64,000 nucleotides of DNA from an uncultured archaeon (GTDB taxonomy: Archaea; Asgardarchaeota; Thorarchaeia; Thorarchaeales; Thorarchaeaceae), in contig CAZLEV010000001.1 in assembly GCA_964558645.1 (NCBI GenBank), positions 413,568-477,567 on the forward strand, in the 5' to 3' direction. The notes below the pieces were generated by a model, which worked only from the letters and a program-made list of their open reading frames with translations, made no database searches and was not told the DNA's origin. How positions within the stretch are numbered: the stretch's first letter is position 1; the number at the start of each line of letters is the position of its first letter. A program made the position numbers and the translations under genes. Below are positions 10,808 through 21,475 of this stretch, piece after piece.

Positions 10808-10960
10808 TGGTGGTCTGAAACACACGCAAGGAATGCAACGACTTGGAACGGAGTTTCATGTCCATCCTGGGAAAGGACACACATTGGCCTAGTCCCTGAT
10901 TGTACTAGTGAGTCTTTGGGCGCTTTCCTAGCCTAATTCCTCTGACTGTAATGCAGCTCC

Positions 10961-12880
10961 TCACCGACTCCTCTTCAGGGCAACAAGTACTACAACAGAA
11001 AACGCCCCAATGATAATCCATACCATACCTATGGGTGGACTGAAGAGCCCCGGGGCCGCTACAAAGACTCCTGTTGTCTGAGCTGTAGTTGTGGCAGTTG
11101 CTGTAATGCTCCAGGTAGCGGCGCGATCATACTCCCCTCCCTCTGTTACCTCGTAAGCTGTTAGAATGAGGGCAGTGTACCCTGCAACAACCAGTCCGTA
11201 TCTCATAGCCAGTCCTATGATTTCATTCTCAAGTTCTTCGGTGGAACCTTCAAGGCTTGTCTGTCTGAGAAGGCAGGATATCCTCTGTTGAGCCCATAAC
11301 CTCTCAATGTGCGGCTTGTCGGTATCGCCAACTCCTTGGGTGTTGGTGTATTGTTCAGGTCCTATCGAATAGTTGATTGACGTGCTTATACTGATCGACT
11401 CTTCGTATCGACCCGTTACCACAACTTCTGTCCCATTGAAGAATGGGCTGTCTGCGAGTGGTTGAAGAGAATTCACCTCTGAGGCACCAGTGAAATGGAT
11501 ATCATAGGAGTCAGCAATCGGGGTTGCGAAGAGCCTGTAGAAGTCCATGAGTCTTGTCGCCGCATCGTCAAAGGGCTCGATGAATGTGAAAAAGCCTTCA
11601 TTCTGGGCGGCAAGGTTAGCCATCAGCCCCTCATCCGCGCCTGCACCAAACGCCACAGTGGAAATAGAAACGCCAAGATCGTTAGCCTCTGCAGCTGCAC
11701 TGAGAATCACTGACGGTTGTATGCTAACCCCAGACGTCGGCTGTCCATCGGACAGAACCAACATGACCTTCGTGGTGTCGTCAGCGGTGAACATGTTCAG
11801 CCCATCAACAACGGCCCCATGGAAGTTGGTAGAGCCGCCTGCGGCGAGGCCGTTTATCCATGACTTGGCTTCGGACTTCGACGAATCACCTGCCTGATGC
11901 GGCTCGACCCAGAGAGATCGTACCTCACTATTGAACTCGATGACATTGAACAGGTCGTTTTGTTTCATGTCATCGACCATGGCACTGAACGCAATCTTTG
12001 CCTGCTCAATCGGAGTACCAGTCATCGAGCCAGAAGTATCGACCACAAACACGAATTGTCTGCGTGTGATGTCCTCCACTTCTGTGATCGTTGGGGCAAG
12101 AAGGTATACGAAGAAGTTCTCTGTGCCGTTGTTGTAGGTGAGCAGCTGGCTGCCCCCTGTCTGGCGTTCCGTAGCGTATTGGACGCCAAGCCCGCCAGGG
12201 ATTACCATATTGGCATCATCATATTCGACTCTGAGACCATCTGCAATCGGTGTGGCTAGAAAACCTGATATTCCCTTTACGGAGTAGCCGATGATTTCTC
12301 CATAATGTGAAACAATCGACATGTTAAGGTTGAATGCTGATTCGATGGGCGCATCTTTAGATATTGGCAGCTCCAAGAGATAACGACCTGAGCTGCGTGT
12401 GAGAAGCCCCTCGAGGAAAACCGTGAGAATTGCCTCAGTGTTGTTCTCTACATTGAGACTCACTTCGTAACCATCCCAATGCCGCGTAACCAGTACTGCG
12501 GTCTTGTTCAATGTCACGCTCTCGTTATAGGTTTCAATTGCCTGTTGTTCTATTTCGACTTTACCCCAGTAGATGAGGTCTTTGAGGGCGACACACATAT
12601 TGCTGAGTCGCAGTCCGGGCTGTAATCCGAACAGCCAAGAGACCTCTCGATCATCGTCGCTCAAAGTATTGTTATACACCATCGTATAGCTGAAGTTGGC
12701 ATAGTTGTCGACGATAGTTCCTTCAACCGATACGCTGCTTGGTCCCAAGGTATCTTGGGATATCAGCCTGGTGTTTTTTTGTGTTTCACCTACTCTCAGA
12801 CTTACCGCTGTGGTGGCAGTTGTGCCGAGCAACAACAAGATCACCATCCACAGTAGTCCTACTAGTTTCCTCCTTTGCAT
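10961..12880 (-). CDS. Membrane-anchored VIT + von Willebrand factor A domain protein (ITIH-like architecture)
   Basis: Signal peptide, VIT-like N-terminal region, MIDAS DTSGSM, GGSTN, LSDG, ERLWAQQRI, C-terminal TM. Confidence 0.85.
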   Translation of the reverse strand: MQRRKLVGLLWMVILLLLGTTATTAVSLRVGETQKNTRLISQDTLGPSSVSVEGTIVDNYANFSYTMVYNNTLSDDDREVSWLFGLQPGLRLSNMCVALKDLIYWGKVEIEQQAIETYNESVTLNKTAVLVTRHWDGYEVSLNVENNTEAILTVFLEGLLTRSSGRYLLELPISKDAPIESAFNLNMSIVSHYGEIIGYSVKGISGFLATPIADGLRVEYDDANMVIPGGLGVQYATERQTGGSQLLTYNNGTENFFVYLLAPTITEVEDITRRQFVFVVDTSGSMTGTPIEQAKIAFSAMVDDMKQNDLFNVIEFNSEVRSLWVEPHQAGDSSKSEAKSWINGLAAGGSTNFHGAVVDGLNMFTADDTTKVMLVLSDGQPTSGVSIQPSVILSAAAEANDLGVSISTVAFGAGADEGLMANLAAQNEGFFTFIEPFDDAATRLMDFYRLFATPIADSYDIHFTGASEVNSLQPLADSPFFNGTEVVVTGRYEESISISTSINYSIGPEQYTNTQGVGDTDKPHIERLWAQQRISCLLRQTSLEGSTEELENEIIGLAMRYGLVVAGYTALILTAYEVTEGGEYDRAATWSITATATTTAQTTGVFVAAPGLFSPPIGMVWIIIGAFSVVVLVALKRSR

Positions 12881-13166
12881 GATTGCTGACCTCTCACTGT
12901 CATTACATCAGGTCCTGCTTATCCCCTCTGGTGCCCATAGGCACACATTGGACGACAAAACCCCCAAGATAGACCTCGCAATAAACTAGGCCTAGCCTAG
13001 ATATTGCTCTAATTGTTGAACAATCTGTTCAGGATTTAGAACCGTTACTTCTGGCAGAATGAGTTTGAATTGGATGATTGTTTGCAGTTCTGACGGCAGA
13101 TGAACAAGAGCGGGAGGCTGATTCCTCCCTTGTTCATGACCACGTTGACCTGACCTATCCTCGATG

Positions 13167-13763
13167 CTACGGCCCACCTAGCATACTGGCAATGGTGAGT
13201 ACGACGAATAATCCAAGGAATGCTAGGCAGCACAACAATCGACAGCCACAACCTTTGCCCCTAAAGAATATCCTGTCAACCACTATGGCTGAGGCCACGG
13301 CGTGCTTCCAGTCCATGTAGTCTCCTACCTCGACGCGGAATTGGTCGCGGACTGCGATTATCTTCTTGTCAAGTTTGAAGGCAAAGTGCCCTGATCGACT
13401 CACAGCCTCGAAACCCCAGGCCATGATACCCCCTTGCGCATGAATCTCATCATCGCGATAATGCATTGTGAATCTTTTCCTGAACATGATCCAGGGGCGG
13501 GTAATCTTCGCAATCTTGTTGCCAGATGGGTCTAGAAGATGGAATGTCTTGTCGAAGAATCCACCTTTGGCGGTTAGAATCTTGTTCCCTGCTGGGTCTT
13601 CGAAGTGGACCGTCGAGCGTAGGAAGCTAAGCCATGTTTGTCGGGCAACGCCGACCTTCTCTCCGGTCTCTTCGTCGTAGATCTCGTAGACTGGTCTTGC
13701 TGCGACCAGCTTCTGTTGTACTTTGTAGAAATGACGTCCTTCTTTCTTAGGTTCGACTTCCAA
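13167..13763 (-). CDS. LURP-one/scramblase (Tubby C-like fold) family protein
   Basis: VQQKLVAARPVYEIYDE...RDQFRVEV...AIVVDRIF beta-barrel pattern; Cys-rich segment and TM tail. Confidence 0.75.
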   Translation of the reverse strand: MEVEPKKEGRHFYKVQQKLVAARPVYEIYDEETGEKVGVARQTWLSFLRSTVHFEDPAGNKILTAKGGFFDKTFHLLDPSGNKIAKITRPWIMFRKRFTMHYRDDEIHAQGGIMAWGFEAVSRSGHFAFKLDKKIIAVRDQFRVEVGDYMDWKHAVASAIVVDRIFFRGKGCGCRLLCCLAFLGLFVVLTIASMLGGP

Positions 13764-13827
13764 ATCAATCTCCCTTGCAATCCGTAACCTCTATTCCTTT
13801 TAAGAGCTTCTTAGATACGCTGCTATC

Positions 13828-14475
13828 CTACTTGATCGATGGTCCTGTGTCAGCGACCTGAAACCACTGGCCGCATTGTGGACAGTTGATGCCGCCTGAG
13901 GTGTCGAGTCGTGAAGGCCCAACCACGGACTGAGCTCCGCAATGCGGACACGTCGCATGCCTGTCATGGATTGATGCTAGTTCTTCCGACTCACCAGGCT
14001 CATCAGCAAATTCGACTGCGACGTTTCGTCCGATATAACCCCCGGCAAGTGCTAGGATGAAGAATGCCACGACAAATGAGCCTATGCCAAAAAGCATTGT
14101 AGATGCAAAGGCAATGACGACTAGATCGAGAACGGGGATTATCAGGAATTGCATGAATGTGAAGAGAACGCCCTGTCCAAGGAGGCTAGTGATGCTCTTC
14201 CTCACTCTTGTTTTCCAGACGAGCTCCGTTACGAAGGTGTTCAATCCACCGATTGTGATCAGATACCCGATGGTCATGACGAGCAACAGAATGAGCATCT
14301 CTGTCAAGGTACTCGTTATCATCATCATCAGGACGAAGTCCAATAGGTACACAAAAAGAAGCGATTGAATCGCAAATGGAATTCCGTGAATGAAGTACCT
14401 GGTCAGGTTGTCCCCACTTCGTTTCTCGTGAAGACTGGTCTGTTCAATTCCCCACCGTTCGTTCATGGTAGACAT
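13828..14475 (-). CDS. Multipass membrane protein with C-terminal zinc ribbon
   Basis: Several hydrophobic helices, then CPHCG...CPQCG. Confidence 0.75.
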   Translation of the reverse strand: MSTMNERWGIEQTSLHEKRSGDNLTRYFIHGIPFAIQSLLFVYLLDFVLMMMITSTLTEMLILLLVMTIGYLITIGGLNTFVTELVWKTRVRKSITSLLGQGVLFTFMQFLIIPVLDLVVIAFASTMLFGIGSFVVAFFILALAGGYIGRNVAVEFADEPGESEELASIHDRHATCPHCGAQSVVGPSRLDTSGGINCPQCGQWFQVADTGPSIK

Positions 14476-14654
14476 CATTGAAACCTTAACATAAAAGAAT
14501 GAGCTCTTCTTGTCGCTCAACCAAAGAATTGGCCTCATCCCCCCCACTGGACACACATACGTTCGTTCCACCTCCTTGGTCGATAGCCCCGAAACAGACA
14601 CGAATGTTTTAAATACAAAGTGTTATAAAATAATAGTAACTCATAGCACGCTCA

Positions 14655-14875
14655 ATGACTGGAGAAACGCGCCGGTGGCGAACCAGTAGCTTTAACTACA
14701 CGCGAGTCCCCGGTTATTTCCGGGCACACGAGGACGATGGGTCGACTGTGTACTTTGGCGTGCGGTGCCAGTCTTGCATAGGTTCTCAAAATAGGCCTGT
14801 GGAGTGCAACGTGCAATTACTATTAGGTGGTGGCGCGGCAAGCGTTGCATTGCCCGGACTTGTGTGCCCACCTCA
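14655..14875 (+). ncRNA. Candidate structured non-coding RNA (alternatively an 83-aa ORF at 14655-14906)
   Basis: TTATAAAA box at 14623-14630; long-range stem GGGCACACGAG/CTTGTGTGCCC and several internal hairpins with G-U pairs. Confidence 0.35.
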
Positions 14876-15040
14876 TTCTTCTGATAGCCTACTATTAACA
14901 CGTTGATAGAGCATGACTATAGGGTTCACTGGTGCGTGTGGATGCTCACGGTTTAGACGGGCCACGTCTAATACTCGAGCTGCTTTCTGCGTCAATGGCA
15001 GAGATAAATAGGATTGGGGCACAATTTCCAGCTGAACAAC

Positions 15041-15607
15041 ATGAAGGGCAAGAAATCGTTTCACACTGGGATACCATTCCTGATGATGACACTTCTCATA
15101 GTTGTCGGTTTATTGCCTTTCACAACAGGAAAGCCTCTGGGTATCGACGCTGCCCACTCACCGAACAGACTATCGCAAGATACAATCCGTCCTGAGATCA
15201 GCAGTTGGGGGATTGAAGGGAGAGCATCTGCGGGAGAGAGTTTCGTGGCATGGGCCAATGTGACCGACTATCAATCAGCTGTCAGGAATGTGTCCTTGAT
15301 TCTGAACTCGGATAACGGAACTGTGAGAACCGTGGAGATCTATCCCCTGTTCGACAACGGCACTCTATACGTGAGGCAGATTCCCGGTCTCCCTGCAAAC
15401 CGAACATACCTGCTTCGTGTGCTTGCGTTTGATCTGGCCAACAACTCCGCCATAAGCTACTCGAGGACTATCAACAGGTATCCAAGTCCTGATCCCCCGA
15501 TAGACCCCAATGTCACCATGCCGGTTGTTGTGACCAGCAGTCTCGTCTTATTTGCGATCGTATCGCTGCTTGCTTATGTGTACGACAGGCGGCAACACAA
15601 TAGTTAG
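15041..15607 (+). CDS. Membrane-anchored extracellular beta-sandwich (Ig/FN3-like) protein
   Basis: Signal peptide, YLLRVLAFDLANN strand motif, C-terminal TM. Confidence 0.7.
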   Translation: MKGKKSFHTGIPFLMMTLLIVVGLLPFTTGKPLGIDAAHSPNRLSQDTIRPEISSWGIEGRASAGESFVAWANVTDYQSAVRNVSLILNSDNGTVRTVEIYPLFDNGTLYVRQIPGLPANRTYLLRVLAFDLANNSAISYSRTINRYPSPDPPIDPNVTMPVVVTSSLVLFAIVSLLAYVYDRRQHNS

Positions 15608-15700
15608 AGCATTGCCCCACCTCGTGAACTCTGGCTGTATGTATCATACATTCTCCTTATAATCGAAGACACAGGGTCTTGCTACAGGCTGTGGACGAAG

Positions 15701-18469
15701 ATGCTGAGATATGCCTTCAAGCGGGTGATCCGTGGGTACCGACTGTTTGCCGCACTGACTGTAGGTGTACTCATCGCGACTACATTCTTCGCCAGTATGA
15801 TTATTTCAGCAGACGTTCTATCACGGGAGGCTCTTACTAGCGCCCTGGCTGAAATAGACTATGATGTACGTATCAATGCCAACAACATGACTTGGACTAA
15901 CACTCAGACCCAAGAACTGAATGAACTGCTTGAGGGCCTTCCCGAGGTATCAACTGCACACCGCTATGGTCGCCTGCCATTCACATTCAATGAGACCTTA
16001 GGGCAGTCATTCAATCTGATAGGACTCGAAAGCGACTCTACGGTGTGGAATACGTTAGAGCATGTGAATGGTAGCATTGGGCTTGGAGTGAACGAGACTT
16101 GGGTAGTTGCCAGTTCTGTGAATGCCTCGGTCTTTGATATTGGCGATATAGTGGAGGTCCCGATTAGATATAGGATCACCGAATTCCCGTTCATTGAAAC
16201 AGTTGCACTGAATCTCACAGTAGCAGGGTTTGTCGATATTCCTGAGCGGACTGCTCGGCTCTTGAACCCACCGAGAGCCATTGACCTAGGGTTTTTCTCA
16301 ATTGAGATTGGCAACTGGCGTGATTACAGCCTGCTTGTGGCCGACTGGACACTGACCTTTGAACCCATAGTCGACTGGTTTGGAGCACAAGAGAATGCAA
16401 CACAACTCGGCCTTACTCAGGGTTTCATGTGTCAATTGAACCGAGAGTTGGTCATCAATCCCTATGACTTGTCAGCCTCTTCAGCAAATGTGGGAAATGC
16501 CATTGCCAAGATCGAAGACCGGACTGTCGCCTACAACACACAGGTAACGAACCTTGTGGGGAGAACTCTTTCTCTATTGTCTTTGACATCAGGACTCCTT
16601 GTTCTTGCCTTTGTAAGCTTGGCTGCACCTGTGATATTCATGAGCTGGTACTCTTCAACGATGCTGAGTGATGTCAGCTACAATCTCAGACGACGTGAGT
16701 TTGGCCTCCTTCAGACCAAGGGCTTTCAGTCGAAGGTCATCAAACGGATGCTCGTTTTTGAGGGCCTGATAATCGGACTCATCGGAGGTATAGCAGGCCT
16801 CTCACTGGGGACCATCCTTGCACATGTGATTGTGGATGTGGCGCTGGACAATTTCCTTCTCGCCATGACAGGTAACTGGGTAAATGTCTTTGCTGTCATA
16901 GGTTTCGGACTATTCATCGCCTACTGGTCCGTACGCGGTCCGGCTGACAGAGCCTCGAAGCTCGAGCCTCTGGACACTCTCAAGCAGTATGTCTATGTTG
17001 AGGAGCAAAGGGAATACAAGCGACTATTGCCCACAATTGCACTGGTACTCGGTACATACAAGATTGTTGCATGGCTTCTGGGAATCAATATGCAGACTCT
17101 CCTTGGAGCCGCTGCTGGCTCTGGTCTAATTCTGATAATCGCCATAGCACTCTGGACTCCGGTGGATGCCTTTCTGAATTTCGCAGGTCCAATCATGTTT
17201 CTCTACGGTGTAACAAAGATTCTTCTGAGAGGGTCCCAGAAGTTCCAGCAGTACGTTGTAGAGGCAGGTAGAAGATTCTTCGGAGCCTTTGGAAACTTGG
17301 CCACGAGAAATGTCAAACGCAATCCAGTGAGAAATGCGGCACTTGTGTTTGTGGTTTCCCTGATCGTGTCTTATGGCCTATTCAGTGTAGGGAGCCTGTT
17401 CTCCGAGCAGGACCGACTCAATCGGACGAATCTCTATGAGGTTGGCTCAGATGTTGCCGCCGTATTCAGCGCAGGAACAGATCTCTCTGAGATCATCGAC
17501 GATATCAATGCGATTGATGGTGTTCACGCAACTACTGTCGAGTATCATGTGTCCATGAGTTCGACCCGTGGAACAGTAATGACGCGGGGGATATCGCCAG
17601 ACAACTGGACAGACGCTGCATTCTATGAAGAGAACTGGTTTTCAGGGGACACTGTGGAAGGCATGCTACAAGAATTCGCGGGGGCGAAGATCATCCTATC
17701 TGTTGCGGTTGCAAGGCAGCTTGAACTCCGAATCGGTAATCAGATCGCGCTACGTGCTCCAGACACTGGGACCTACCATCAGATGGAGATAGTCGGACTC
17801 ATCGGTTATGTTAGTCCCATTGAAGACGTTCTGGGACAATTTGCGTTCAGTGGCTCCTATCCTTCATACGTACCCGCAGGATTCCTCAAAGATATTGGCT
17901 TGTTGCAGTATGCAGAGAGTCACGTTCTTCTGAAGACGCAAGCGAGCGTGGACGGAACATATATCGAACAGCAGATTCGTGAGATTGCTCCGGCTGTTGC
18001 TTCAACTGATTCCATGACCTCGCGGACCACTGACGCCTCGGAGAATCTTTTTCAGCTTGGCGGCACCCGGGCACGATGGGTCGGCGTGGCATTTGGCGCA
18101 GTACTAGCCATACTAGGGACGGGACTTGTCGTGGGACTGACCTTGAAGGAGAAAGAATACGAGATCACTCTCCTCGCGGTCCGCGGCTTCACAAAACGAC
18201 AGGTGCTCAAGGTCTTGACTGCTGAGGTCATGGTGATGGTGCTCTTCTCCCTGATCTTAGGGATAGGTACTGGGTTTGTTCAGCTCTTTGGGGACATCGC
18301 GAATACTACTCAGAACGCACAGACGCTTGTCGTACCTCGAGTAGTTCTGAGTCCTGTATCAGTACTGAGTATGCTCGCCATAGGACTGGCAGTTGTGGTC
18401 TCGGCCCTTGTTCCGGTGGTCTGGGCAGCACGATTCAATGAACAAAAGGTGGACGTTCTAAGAGAGTAG
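15701..18469 (+). CDS. FtsX/MacB-family ABC transporter permease (duplicated FtsX domains)
   Basis: RRREFGLLQTKGF and KEYEITLLAVRGF motifs, multiple TM helices. Confidence 0.9.
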   Translation: MLRYAFKRVIRGYRLFAALTVGVLIATTFFASMIISADVLSREALTSALAEIDYDVRINANNMTWTNTQTQELNELLEGLPEVSTAHRYGRLPFTFNETLGQSFNLIGLESDSTVWNTLEHVNGSIGLGVNETWVVASSVNASVFDIGDIVEVPIRYRITEFPFIETVALNLTVAGFVDIPERTARLLNPPRAIDLGFFSIEIGNWRDYSLLVADWTLTFEPIVDWFGAQENATQLGLTQGFMCQLNRELVINPYDLSASSANVGNAIAKIEDRTVAYNTQVTNLVGRTLSLLSLTSGLLVLAFVSLAAPVIFMSWYSSTMLSDVSYNLRRREFGLLQTKGFQSKVIKRMLVFEGLIIGLIGGIAGLSLGTILAHVIVDVALDNFLLAMTGNWVNVFAVIGFGLFIAYWSVRGPADRASKLEPLDTLKQYVYVEEQREYKRLLPTIALVLGTYKIVAWLLGINMQTLLGAAAGSGLILIIAIALWTPVDAFLNFAGPIMFLYGVTKILLRGSQKFQQYVVEAGRRFFGAFGNLATRNVKRNPVRNAALVFVVSLIVSYGLFSVGSLFSEQDRLNRTNLYEVGSDVAAVFSAGTDLSEIIDDINAIDGVHATTVEYHVSMSSTRGTVMTRGISPDNWTDAAFYEENWFSGDTVEGMLQEFAGAKIILSVAVARQLELRIGNQIALRAPDTGTYHQMEIVGLIGYVSPIEDVLGQFAFSGSYPSYVPAGFLKDIGLLQYAESHVLLKTQASVDGTYIEQQIREIAPAVASTDSMTSRTTDASENLFQLGGTRARWVGVAFGAVLAILGTGLVVGLTLKEKEYEITLLAVRGFTKRQVLKVLTAEVMVMVLFSLILGIGTGFVQLFGDIANTTQNAQTLVVPRVVLSPVSVLSMLAIGLAVVVSALVPVVWAARFNEQKVDVLRE

Positions 18470-19360
18470 ATGAATATGGTATCTTACATAGAAACGAAGG
18501 ACTTGGTTAAGGTCTATCGGCTTGGTGAAGTGGAAGTACAGGCCTTACGAGGGCTGTCCATGAAGATTGAGCAGGGCGAGATGGTTTCGATTGTCGGACC
18601 TAGTGGTTCAGGGAAGACTACGCTTCTCAACATCATAGGCGGGTTGACAGGTGCCACGGCAGGACAGAGTTGGGTTGCGGGTCGAGAAATCACGAATGCC
18701 AGTCCTGCCCAGCTTGGAATCATGCGCCAGAAGGTGGTCGGTCACATATTCCAGACGCTCAACCTCATCCCGACCCTTACCGCATATGAGAACGTGGAAC
18801 TTCCTATGCTTGCAGTCAAGACCCCTACCGGTGAACGAAAGATACGAGTGAAGGAGCTTCTTGAGACCGTGGGTCTAGGTCTGCGGATGAACCACAAACC
18901 GGACGAGCTCAGCGGTGGCGAGAAACAACGGGTGGCAATTGCTGCAGCTCTGGCCAACGACCCGCCAATCCTCATCTGTGACGAGCCTACTGGAGACCTC
19001 GACACGGATACTGGTGCCATGATAATCGAGTTTCTGCATAGAGTGAACAAGGAGATGGGTAAGACAATCATAATCGTGACCCACGACCCGGCTCAGGCCA
19101 GACAGACTGACAGAATCTACAGAATCATGGATGGCCGTATCATTTCGGTCCAGAAACCGAGCGAATCAGAAGAGGCAAATGCTGCGATGAGGGCGCAGAT
19201 GTACAAGGACAGACTGGCTGAAACCAAGGCAGAACTCACAGACCTCAACCTGATGTTTCGTGAACAGAAGATATCTCCTGAGAATTTCGCGGAGCGATAC
19301 CAGAATCTTACTCAGACGAGGCAATTCTTGGAGCAAGAGCTCCACAGAATGGGTTTCTAG
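18470..19360 (+). CDS. ABC transporter ATP-binding protein (LolD/MacB-type) with C-terminal helical extension
   Basis: Walker A GPSGSGKT, signature LSGGEKQR, Walker B LICDEPTG, H-loop VTHD. Confidence 0.95.
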   Translation: MNMVSYIETKDLVKVYRLGEVEVQALRGLSMKIEQGEMVSIVGPSGSGKTTLLNIIGGLTGATAGQSWVAGREITNASPAQLGIMRQKVVGHIFQTLNLIPTLTAYENVELPMLAVKTPTGERKIRVKELLETVGLGLRMNHKPDELSGGEKQRVAIAAALANDPPILICDEPTGDLDTDTGAMIIEFLHRVNKEMGKTIIIVTHDPAQARQTDRIYRIMDGRIISVQKPSESEEANAAMRAQMYKDRLAETKAELTDLNLMFREQKISPENFAERYQNLTQTRQFLEQELHRMGF

Positions 19361-19578
19361 TGAGGCTGAAGTCGCACCATGCGAAACCGTGTCGATTTGG
19401 GTCAACGTCCAACAAAGATATCATCCGCAGATAACGCGAAGTTGATCTGATTGAACGGCAGTCTTCTTCAGATACGAAGAGGTGGCCCTGAGTTCTTTTT
19501 GTCTGACAGCGGGACTCTTCTTACGAACATGGCGCCGGCTGAGTGTTCGGTAAGAATACAGACGCATCTCTTAAGCGA

Positions 19579-19914
19579 TTACCAGACCATCGGCGTATAG
19601 CCCTTCTTGATTAGGCCTGCAATCTGAGCACCTACATAGTCAACTTCGATTCCCATGCTCTCGATCGACTCCGTTAAGTTGTCTCTGTCTGCCAGGAACT
19701 TGCAGGCAAGTGGCTCCATCTCATCAGCAAGACTCGCAGACTCTGCGGCGACTTCCGAATCTTCCACAAGGAGTCTTTCTGCGGGCCCAAAGAATATCAC
19801 TTTGACATCATCCAGCCACTCATACTTCTTGGTGTTCCTCGCATACATTAGAGCAGTAAGGACCTTGTCTCGCTCAGCTGATGCTATGATGACAAGAATC
19901 TTGTTGTTCGACAT
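19579..19914 (-). CDS. DsrE-family protein
   Basis: VKVIFFGPAERLL and conserved ACK motif. Confidence 0.75.
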   Translation of the reverse strand: MSNNKILVIIASAERDKVLTALMYARNTKKYEWLDDVKVIFFGPAERLLVEDSEVAAESASLADEMEPLACKFLADRDNLTESIESMGIEVDYVGAQIAGLIKKGYTPMVW

Positions 19915-20103
19915 GTTAATCACTAGAGACCCCATTCAGACACAGATAAACGTCGTCATGGGGGTGTTCTATAGAAGCAAGAGAAAGCTGATGGCATGCG
20001 TATTCTGACGCGTATAACGGATTCCTTGACTCAATTTCCACATTTGCTGAATACTCGATACCCTTTTCTTGAAGCCAGTACCACGAGGTCTGAGTGGTCA
20101 AGA

Positions 20104-20973
20104 ATGCGAACTCCTATCGTTGTTGTCCATGGCGGAGCAACTGAGTTTGAAGAAGAAAGCCATGAGGCAATCATTGCAGCAGTCGAGAAGGCTGCTCGGA
20201 TCGGATACTGCACCATGGGAAACGGGGGTTCAGCGCTGGACGCTGTTGAGGCCGCAATCTGGCAGCTGGAAGAAACCACATTGTTTACCGCGGGTCGGGG
20301 TGCCAAACCCAACGCTGATGGCGAGATTGAGCTTGATGCAATGATAATGGATGGTAACCGTCTGCAGAGTGGAGCCGTGATGGCAATCAAGGGTATCGTT
20401 CACCCCATCTCTCTTGCTCGGTACATCTTGGAACGCACGAACAACTCTCAATTCGCATCGGGAGGTGCCAAGCGTATCTATGACAAGATGGTTCACGAAG
20501 GATATAGGCAACGGAGTGATGTTGATTCTACTCTTCCCCCGCTGGTTTCTCAGGGTTGTGATACGGTCGGTGCAGTAGCCGTAGACCTGTCAGGCCGGAT
20601 TGTGGGAGGTTCATCCACTAGCGGCTGGACAGGGAAGCTTCCTGGACGGATAGGCGATTCGCCCATAATTGGAGCGGGTGTGTACGCCAACGATGTTGCT
20701 GCGGCCAGTTGCACAGGTAGAGGAGAACAGATACTTCGTATAGTGATGGCTCGCATGGCTGTGTACCATGTCGAATCGGGGAAGGACGTCCAACAGGCAG
20801 TTGACACAGTCATGAGGGAACTCAGGGAGAAGACTAGTGGCGAGGCCGGTCTGATTATGGTTGACCGGAACGGAGAAGTAGGTCTTGGATTCGATACCAA
20901 GCACATGCCCGTGGCAATCAACGGCGGGGATAGGCTTCGAGCATACTCGTCTATGCAGCCCGAACGGCCATAA
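20104..20973 (+). CDS. iaaA: Isoaspartyl peptidase/L-asparaginase (Ntn hydrolase)
   Basis: VVHGGA, ELDAMIMDG, autoproteolysis site DTVGAVA, GRIGDSP, TGRGE. Confidence 0.9.
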   Translation: MRTPIVVVHGGATEFEEESHEAIIAAVEKAARIGYCTMGNGGSALDAVEAAIWQLEETTLFTAGRGAKPNADGEIELDAMIMDGNRLQSGAVMAIKGIVHPISLARYILERTNNSQFASGGAKRIYDKMVHEGYRQRSDVDSTLPPLVSQGCDTVGAVAVDLSGRIVGGSSTSGWTGKLPGRIGDSPIIGAGVYANDVAAASCTGRGEQILRIVMARMAVYHVESGKDVQQAVDTVMRELREKTSGEAGLIMVDRNGEVGLGFDTKHMPVAINGGDRLRAYSSMQPERP

Positions 20974-21048
20974 CAGTGACTCGCGGCTGTTGACTCTTGC
21001 ACCAGAGAACTTTTGAGGGCAACTTCAACTATGATAGTAGTTTCAGAA

Positions 21049-21471
21049 ATGGAAGTGACACTAGTGAGTCCAAGAGATCGTGAAGCAGTTGAAGCCTGTC
21101 CTGTATTCGAGACCTCTCAGATCCTCGGCAAGAAATGGGCAATACTTGTTCTCCAGACGCTGATGACGCCCGAGGCTGATGATGGTTTGAGATTTAACGA
21201 GATACAGAAGGAGCTGAGCTGGGTGAGTCCGAAGGTCTTAACACAGCGGCTCCGGGAGTTTGAAGACGAAGCGATTCTATTGAGAGATGTAGACGCCTCA
21301 GAGGTTCCCGTCAAAGTATCGTACTCACTTACTGCAAAGGGGCGGGATCTTCTTCCAGTTGTTGAGGCAATGCAGAAATGGGGAATGAAGCACGGCAAGA
21401 CGGAGACTTCCCAATGTCTCGGGAATGGACTAAGAAGCTGTTATGGTTGCCATGCAACAGCTGAAAAATAG
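21049..21471 (+). CDS. HxlR-family winged-helix regulator
   Basis: ACPV...LGKKW, LRFNEI, SPKVLTQRLRE, VSYSLTAKG. Confidence 0.9.
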   Translation: MEVTLVSPRDREAVEACPVFETSQILGKKWAILVLQTLMTPEADDGLRFNEIQKELSWVSPKVLTQRLREFEDEAILLRDVDASEVPVKVSYSLTAKGRDLLPVVEAMQKWGMKHGKTETSQCLGNGLRSCYGCHATAEK

Positions 21472-21475
21472 GGCC

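Noticed and set aside
14655-14875. SRP RNA or RNase P RNA identity
   Set aside because: No SRP helix-8 motif and no GAGGAAAGUCC/P4 signature; kept only as an unassigned candidate
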